42,719 nt of DNA from Octopus sinensis (Eukaryota). Below the pieces are notes generated by a model. That model saw nothing but the letters and a program-made list of their open reading frames with translations. It searched no databases and was not told where the DNA came from. Position numbers and translations under genes: made by a program. This document shows, piece by piece, positions 34,969 through 42,719 of this stretch (the stretch's first letter is position 1; each line of letters starts with the position of its first letter). The DNA lies in NCBI RefSeq assembly GCF_006345805.1, contig NW_021835155.1, positions 1-42,719 of the forward strand. The letters are read 5' to 3'.

Positions 34969-35335
34969 CATATATTTGTATATACATGCATATATGGCCA
35001 CAGGATATCACGGAACGTAAACAACATAAAATATACATAAAATACGAAAACAACATGAAATACGAAATACGACAACATGGAATACGAACTTTTTTGGGGG
35101 CGAACACCGAAAGAAACAAACGGAAAAGAAGACAAGGAACACGAAAAAACGACCCTTCATCAGACGTTCGCTGTTTTTCTACATCGTATTTCGAACATTT
35201 CACAACAAGATACGTTCTCGACATAACAGTTGCTCCCGCAAAGCAAATTAGATAAAATTTGGGTTTTTGCGGAGGGTCAAAGTTGGTAACAAAAGCAAGA
35301 CAGTGAAAACAGACAGGAAGAGCTTGGTAAGCCTA

Positions 35336-35452
<117 letters not shown>

Positions 35453-35760
35453 CAACAATAATATTAAGGAATGGCCTTGATAGGCCATTCAACTCACTAA
35501 AACGAGCAGCTAAACTCAAACCACTAAATAGTAGTAATTCAGAAATCAAAGGAAAATTAAAAACAATTACCCTAATCATCTTTGGACAATGCATTGTTTC
35601 GACGTACTTTTTGGTAAACCAGCCTAACTAAATTAAATTAAATTTAATCAAGTCAATTTACCACTGGCCCGTCTCTATTTTTTCTTTCTCACTAGACCGC
35701 TGGTGGCGAAAAAATTTCTATTGAATTTTTTGCTACCCTTATATATATATATTATATATA

Positions 35761-35812
<52 letters not shown>

Positions 35813-35813
<1 letters not shown>

Positions 35814-36086
35814 ACCGACCTGCCTGGCGAAGCTGCACCAGCGGAGGTGTCACCTCCTACCTACCGATAAAAGAGGGTTGCAGAGGCACAAAGAAAACAG
35901 CGACTACGCATGTCCAGAGCCAACTTCTTGCTTTCAGTCTCAGCAAACGACCAGCGCCCGATCTGCGGCAGAACCTTCCGAGCACACAGCGAACCGATTG
36001 GCTACAGATGGACACACTGTAACCCATCTTCTTCTCCCATGTGATGTCCATAGGCATCGTCGACAACGACGGACGAACTAATAATA
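35813..36086 (+). mobile_element. RTE LINE 3' end with a degenerate C2H2-finger tail
   Basis: DRPAWRS..RKQR..PICGRTFRAH..WTH; terminal CGTCG-ACAA-CGACG hairpin, then TAA repeats. Confidence 0.75.
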
Positions 36087-36505
36087 TTTAGTCCCAATGA
36101 CAGATTTGATAGGTCAAAGGTGGATCTCTTTGCTTCATTTTCTTTTTTATAATTTGTGACTCCATTACATGGAGGTTTCCTCTTGTTCTTACTTCGACTT
36201 TTGTTAAAACTACAGTTTTATAGAACACCGAGGTGTGTTACTCTAAAGGTACAATGGGACCTCTTTTTACGAACTATTTTTCATGTAGGAAATTCAAGAG
36301 GAGGCATGACAAATTCGAGCAAGGATGTGTGCATTGAGTGAATGCTAAACAACAATTTGTGCTCTTTCTCCGATATTTCTAGCTTGTCGCCAACCGTTGT
36401 TGCTAGCTTGTGTGTTCGTTACTCGAGACACTTTTTCGTTTCTCACGAGAGGCTTTCGTTAAACCGAGGTTCCACTATATTTGATTATATTGGTATATTA
36501 AAAAA

Positions 36506-36735
36506 GGCGGCGAGTTGCAGAAACATTAGCGCGCCGGGCGAAATGCTTAGCGGTATTTCGTCTGTCGTTACGTTCTGAGTTCAAATTCCGCCGAGGTCGA
36601 CTTTGCCTTTCATTCTTTCGGGGTCGATAAATAAAGTACCAGTTACGCACTGGGGTCGATGTAATCGACTTAATCCGTTTGTCTGTCCTTGTTTGTCCCC
36701 TGTATGTTTAGGCCCTTGTGGGCAGTAAAGAAATA
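36506..36735 (+). mobile_element. SINE family B, full-length monomer, 15-bp target-site duplication
   Basis: TATATTGGTATATTA at 36486-36500 and 36736-36750. Confidence 0.95.
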
Positions 36736-37868
36736 TATATTGGTATATTATCATATAATGCAGTGTTACTAAAAGTTGTGTAGAAGTGTAGCGTATTGCT
36801 TGGAGTCGTAAAAGAGTTCCTGTTTTATGTGAATGTTAGTTTGTTTCAGCATGGAATCTTATTCAAATATTTCATCGCACTTAATATTTCATATTAAATG
36901 GTTGCGTTTTTTCCCCCTGTCGTGTTATTTATGTGTTTGTAGTGGGAGTTAGGAACAGTGTGAAAAGCGTTGCTGACATTGATGCACAAGAGAAATGTCA
37001 GGGAAGCTATCAACTTGGATTAATGCTAAAAAGGATGAGCTGATTTCATTTGCCACTTCTGTGAAAATTTCTACGCTTTTCCTATCTTGTAAATGTCACG
37101 TGGCTTCAGTTTCTCTGGTGAAAAAAAAAAGACAAATATTTTAGAAAAGACCAAAGCTAACAATTGACGTTAGATCGATATACAAAAGAAATATTGCTTC
37201 AACGTGAAAATATACATTAAACGAGCGTATTGGCTCTATCTTGATCCGTATTATTGGAAAACACAACAAATGGAATAAAAGACAAAATAAAATAAAAAGA
37301 AAAGGAACAAAAAGCAGAAACTGCAGAAAAATCGAACGAAAAATTGCTGTTAATAAAATTGATTTCTTTTGAGACAGAACAAGAATGATTTCTGTAAAGA
37401 CGGTCGGATCCAGAGCAGTATATTACTGGTACGTATTTTAATAAATATGCAAAAAGTCAAAGGTGATCAAAACAGTGTTAAGGCTTATTCAATGCATTTA
37501 ATCCGGTAGAGTGTTGTATTTCTTAGAAGTAAGAGGGATCAAGGTATCTTGAAGTGATACGAGCATAAAAGGAAACGGAACAAAGGGTTTTATAACAACC
37601 TTGAAAGTAAAACATTATCAGATTAAAAGATGAGAAATGTAGATGTGTCGAGGACGACATGGAATTCACAAGTTTAAAGCAACAAAGAACTTCTGGTCAT
37701 TGTGAAACGAGTAGAAATTGTGTGGATGGTTATTTAGTCTCAGATGAATCGTAATAGATCTGCGACACATCAGCCATGACCATCTCGTCTATTTAGAAGA
37801 ATCAAGGACTATATTGTCGAAACAGTATTAAGGCAACAGATTTTACAGGCAGAGATTCTAGAATAAGG

Positions 37869-38005
37869 TTGCAGGCATGGCTGTGTGGTTAAGACATTTG
37901 CTTTGGAGTTACGCTTTCCCGGGTTCGATCCCACGACAGCTCAGATCATAAGTCCTAGGTTGACTAAAGATTGATGGCAGACAGAAACTGTAGCCGAAGT
38001 ACATC
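37869..38005 (+). mobile_element. Degenerate SINE A head
   Basis: GGCATGGCTGTGTGGTTAAG, GGGTTCGATCCC, GACAGAAACTG. Confidence 0.6.
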
Positions 38006-38159
38006 GAAGACACACACACACACACACACACACAGAGTTAATGGCGATTGCTGACTTCGAAATTTTCCGATAGAGTCTTCTCAGTTTTCAGAAGCAAGTG
38101 GAAGCGAAACTCCGAATATGACCACCTCTGCCACGGAACATTTCGATTTAAAGACGTGG

Positions 38160-38201
<42 letters not shown>

Positions 38202-38610
38202 TGTGTACAGTGCTCAGGTGCACTACAACTCATCTAAAGTGTATATATAATCAGGTGTAGTTTCGGCGGATTTCGGAAAGCATGAGGGCCTTAAGGATGC
38301 AGTGTCATGGCAATCAACAACTGACGCAGGCAGTTTGTTCCATGCTTCACAGCAACTCTGAGCGTGAAAAAATGTTTCCGAAAGTCATGGAGCTGTGTGT
38401 TTTCTGACTTTGTAGGCATGTCCACGTGTGTTAGACACATGGAGATCAAAAAGGTGTTCAGTGTTGTTGTTGGTGAGGTAGTTGATAACTTTGTGGGTGT
38501 TTACCAAGTCCGTCGCCAGACGCCGGAGCTTCAGTGAATCCATGCCCAGGGAAACAAGGCGCTCAGAATACGCATTACAAAACACTTTGTACCGTCCGAA
38601 GTAGACTTCC
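38160..38610 (-). mobile_element. CR1-like LINE 3' end with (TTA)n tail
   Basis: YSERLVSLGMDSLKLRRLATDL..TRGHAYKV..FRKHFFTLRV..WNKLPASVV. Confidence 0.9.
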
Positions 38611-38789
38611 TAGTCATAACAGCTGATTTAGATTTCTGCAAGTGCTCGAATCATTCTTGAATTACGCAAAAAAAAAAAAAAAAATGAAATGATTAAAAAG
38701 CTTGTTTTGCTTTTCTTTATAAACAAATAATATACATGAAGCAGATTACCACAAATAAAATAGATTGTAAAAGATAACATGAGAAAGTT

Positions 38790-39371
38790 GGTGAAGCTGG
38801 CAGAAACGTTAGCACGCCGGGCGAAATGCTTAGCCGTATTTCGTCTGCCGTTACGTTCTGAGTTCAAATTCCGCCGAGGTCGACTTTGCCTCTCATCCTT
38901 TCGGGGTCGATAAATAAAGAACCAGTTACGAACTGGGGTCGATATAATCGACATAATCCGTTTGTCTGTCCTTGTTTGTCCTCTCTGCGTTTAGCCCCTT
39001 ATGGGTAGTAAAGAAATAGATATTTTATCTGCCGCTACGTTCTGAGTTCAAATTCCGCCGAGGTCAACTTTGCCTTTCATCCTTTTGGGGTCGATTAAAA
39101 AAGTACCAGTTACGCACTGGGGATCGATATAATCGGCTTAATCAGTTTGTCTATCCTTGTTTGTCCTCTCTGTGTTTAGCCCCTTGTGGGTAGTAAAGAA
39201 ATAGGTATTTTATCTGCCGCTACGTTCTGAGTTCAAATTCCGCCGAGGTCAATTTTGCCTTTCATCCTTTCAGGTTCGATAAATTTAAGTAGCAATTGCA
39301 AACTGGGGTCGATCTAATCGATTGGTCCCCATCCCCCCAAATTTCAGGCCTTGTGCCTAGAGTAGAAAAGA
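38790..39371 (+). mobile_element. SINE B trimer; last unit carries tail 2
   Basis: Units start at about 38790, 39020 and 39205. Confidence 0.92.
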
Positions 39372-40047
39372 AAGGGGAACATGAGATGGACGAAGAGACG
39401 ATGCAGTAGAACTTATTTGGCGATGAGCCGGCAAAATCGTTAGCTCGTCGGACAAAATGTTAAGCGGCATTTCTTCCGATTCTTTACGCTCTGAGTTCAA
39501 ACCTCACTGAGGTAGACTTTGCTTTTAACCTTTTATTCTGTCAGAATCGATCAAATAAAGTAACCGTATTGAAACAAAATGCCAAAGGAAAAAAGAAAAA
39601 AAAAACGCACCTCCGAAAGGGGTGGTGGTACCACACCGAAAACGGTAGAGGAGGGGCCGAAACTGGACGTAGTTCCTCCTGATAATGTCCTTAACCACTG
39701 GATTTTATAAAGGAGCTGTTGAGGTAGCGAACCACGAAACGTGGTTGGAATTCCTTAATGTAATTGATTGCCCACCCCCCTTACAACTTTTTGGCTTGGA
39801 ATCCCGCGACGGACCGGCGTCCCATTCAGGGAGTATGTTGTGATCTTGGTCACTTGTAGGCCGTAACAGTTGGATAACTGGCCTTATGAGTCCCAGGGCT
39901 CGAGAGAAAAGAAAAATAACGTCAGTGAAGAAGCCAAATATCGTTCCCACTCTCTTTTCACATGCATCCTTCATTCTCCATCTTTATCTACCCGAGGAAG
40001 TCAGGGAAATAAAAAGGGCAAGAAATAAAGACCGTGTTAGGTAATCC

Positions 40048-40826
40048 TTTCTACTCTAGGCACAAGGCCTGAAGTTTGTGATTACATCGACTCCAGTACG
40101 CACCTGGTACTTAATTTAACAACCCCGAAATGATAAAAGGCAAAGTCAACCTCGGCGGAATTTGAACTCAGAACGTAAAGACAGACGAAATACCACTAAA
40201 GATTTCGCCCGGTGTGCTAACGTTTCTTATTTCTTTACTACCCACAAAGGGCTACACACAGAGGGGACAAACAAGGACAAACAAACGGATTAAGTCGATT
40301 ATATCGACCCCAGTGCGTAACTGGTACTTATTTAATCGACCCCGAAAGGATGAAAGGCAAAGTCAACCTCGGCGGAATTTGAATTCAGAACGTAGCGGCA
40401 GACGAAATACTTATTTCTTTATTACCCATAAGGGGCTAAACACAGAGAGGACAAACAAGGACAGACAAACGGATTAAGTCGATTATATCGATCCCAGTGC
40501 GTGACTGGTACTTATTTAATCGATCCCGAAAGGATGAAAGGCATAGTCGACCCCGGCGGAATTTGAACTCAGAACGTAACGGCAGACGAAATACCTATTT
40601 CTTTACTACCCACAAGGGGCTACACATTGAGGGGACAAACAAGGACACACAAACGGATTAAGTCGATTATATCGACCCCAGTGCTTAACTGGTACTTAAA
40701 TTATCGACCCCGGAAGGATGATAGGCAAAGTCGACCTCGGCGGAATTTGAACTCAGAACGTAGCAGTAGACGAAATACGGTTACACATTTCGCCCGGCGT
40801 GCTAACGTTTCTGCCAGCTCGCCGCC
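40048..40826 (-). mobile_element. SINE B tetramer; last unit carries tail 2
   Basis: Junctions at 40594/40595, 40410/40411 and 40226/40227. Confidence 0.94.
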
Positions 40827-41382
40827 TTAAAGAGCGTATTACGCAATAAGAATAAAACAGACAAGTTGACGTCATTCAGACATATTTTTTAATTTTTTGC
40901 TTTATTAACACTACTACTCTTTTCCTAACTTTATGTGATTCTACATTTTGCTAACACTACTTTCCAAATATCTGTCTTTCTCAACCTTAATCTTGACAGT
41001 CGGCAGTGTTTGGTTTGAGGGACACTGTCCTTTTACCACAGATACCCTATCGGTCCGTCAGAGACACTCTATTATCTTGCCCGATGTTTCGTCTGGCCGT
41101 CGATAACCCTACGACCCAATTGATTAATGAACGCAGCGTCATCTCAGAGACAAACGGTTAATGTATTCCTGTCAACGAAATGGCAGACAGGCTGTAGTTG
41201 GGGGAGAAATAATCGCACAGAATAATGTCTTGTGTTGTTTACAAGTTAATAAGTATTTTTAAGATTAGAAAAATAGTCATAAATAAGAAGGCAATTTGGA
41301 AATGTTTCAATTTGCGGGAAAGATAGAATCAAATACGGACATACGTGTGCGCTGATTGAATCTGATATCATTGGTAACGCTG

Positions 41383-41696
41383 TATGTATGTATCTATGTG
41401 TTTGTGTTGTGTGTGTGTGTGTGTGTGTGCGTGTGTGTATGCATGTGTGTGTATGTGTATGTATGTGTGCGGTGGGGTGTGTGTGTATGTATGTGTGCGG
41501 TGGGGTGTGTGTGTATGTATGAAAGCATGTATGTACGTATGCATTTACGTACTTATTACGTATGCATGTATGTGTGTATATGCATATTTGTGTATGTATG
41601 TGTACGTGTATGTATGTATGTATGTGTATGCGTGTATGTACTTATGTGTATGTATGTGTGAGTATATGTATGCATGTGTGTTGATAAATATATATA

Positions 41697-41727
<31 letters not shown>

Positions 41728-41860
41728 GCTTGTGTATGCTTGTTTGTATATATGTGTATGAGTGTGTGTAAGTATATTTGTATGTAAGTGAATATTTATA
41801 TGCATGCTTATATACGCGCATGTATGTGTGTGTGTATGTGTGTGTGTGTGCAAGTGCTTC
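41383..41860. repeat. Degenerate TG/TATG compound microsatellite
   Basis: Direct inspection. Confidence 0.9.
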
Positions 41861-42719
41861 ATATATATGAATGTATATACTCATAAGTACGTATATGTGG
41901 ATCGATAGAGAAAGAGAGAGACAAAGAAAGAAAGAGAGAGGGAGATAGAGTGTGTGTGTATGTGTGATTGTGTGTGTGTGTGTATGAGTTTATAAGATTG
42001 TGTCTCATTGGTAGTCTATTCGAAGAATTTCATTATTTTTGATTTTCTGCACATTCGCAGGACATTTGTTATTTAACAATATTGGGTTTGGTAGAATGTC
42101 AACAAATGCGGAAAATCAAAAATATGGACAATAACCCATTTTTTTTTCATATCTACAAAAGTTTCCTCTCCCAATTTTTACAAAAGAATAAAGGCTGAAT
42201 TAATATTCTTGGAAGATTGCAAATTCTTGAATAAACCTGTATTTATGAAGTGCCTATCGTATTAAATTCCAAACTTAAAACAGATTTTTTCAATGTATGT
42301 ATTGTTTGTTATGCGACGTCCTTGTTCAAATTGGCTCACTGGTTCTGCTCCGATATTTTTCTTAACTCAGACCAAAGCATTACAAAGACCAAAGCATTAC
42401 ATGAAAGTCTGCGAGAACACCTTGTTAAATGCTGTTCATTTATTTTAGAAAAAGTTGAGAAATTTCGTTTATTTTCCATTTAATGATCTTTTCATTAAAA
42501 AGGAAAGCAGAAACAAAATGACCAAAAAAAAAAAACAAATCCATTAAAGCTGAGACAAATATACAAATGTTCGATGCTTTCTGTAATATAACTCACTCGT
42601 TTTAAGTTTAATTATACGCAATCTAAGCGAAAATAATATCAGAGAAAACACCAAGAAAAACAAAACACAAACAAAATAATAAAAACAAAAAACAAAGTGC
42701 AAAACAACAAACAACAAAT

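Noticed and set aside
35130-35200. CTGATGAAGGG on the minus strand in a Penelope-like-looking segment; similar partial cores near 8233, 10980 and 5258
   Set aside because: No stem II followed by GAAA and no stem I/III pairing; the 5258 hit lies in Helitron coding sequence.
42250-42483. 77-aa ORF near the window end
   Set aside because: TTG start, no recognisable motif, AT-rich; expected by chance.

Overview
Eukaryotic, AT-rich, repeat-saturated intergenic or intronic DNA. I found no supportable host protein-coding gene, rRNA, true tRNA gene or CRISPR array. The SINE families and microsatellite density resemble an octopus genome, but this is from memory and not verified by search. The window is a mosaic of: at least five tRNA-headed SINE families (my labels A, B, E, F, H); decayed RTE, CR1-like, R4/Dong-like and possibly L1-like LINE pieces; an internally deleted Helitron with its 3' terminus; an internally deleted DD37D (maT) Tc1/mariner element; Penelope-like terminal-repeat fragments; and many simple repeats. 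Nearly all long ORFs in the track are microsatellite artefacts. Most interesting signals: (1) hammerhead-ribozyme motifs of three families, including a near-complete type I hammerhead at 21768-21830 and a tRNA-headed SINE-like element carrying a hammerhead (6695-6930); (2) three separate head-to-tail concatemers of SINE B that reuse the same two junctions and a 184-185 bp unit; (3) two local inverted duplications predicted to form long dsRNA; (4) an in-frame 66-codon Asp/His tract inside the Helitron Rep frame.
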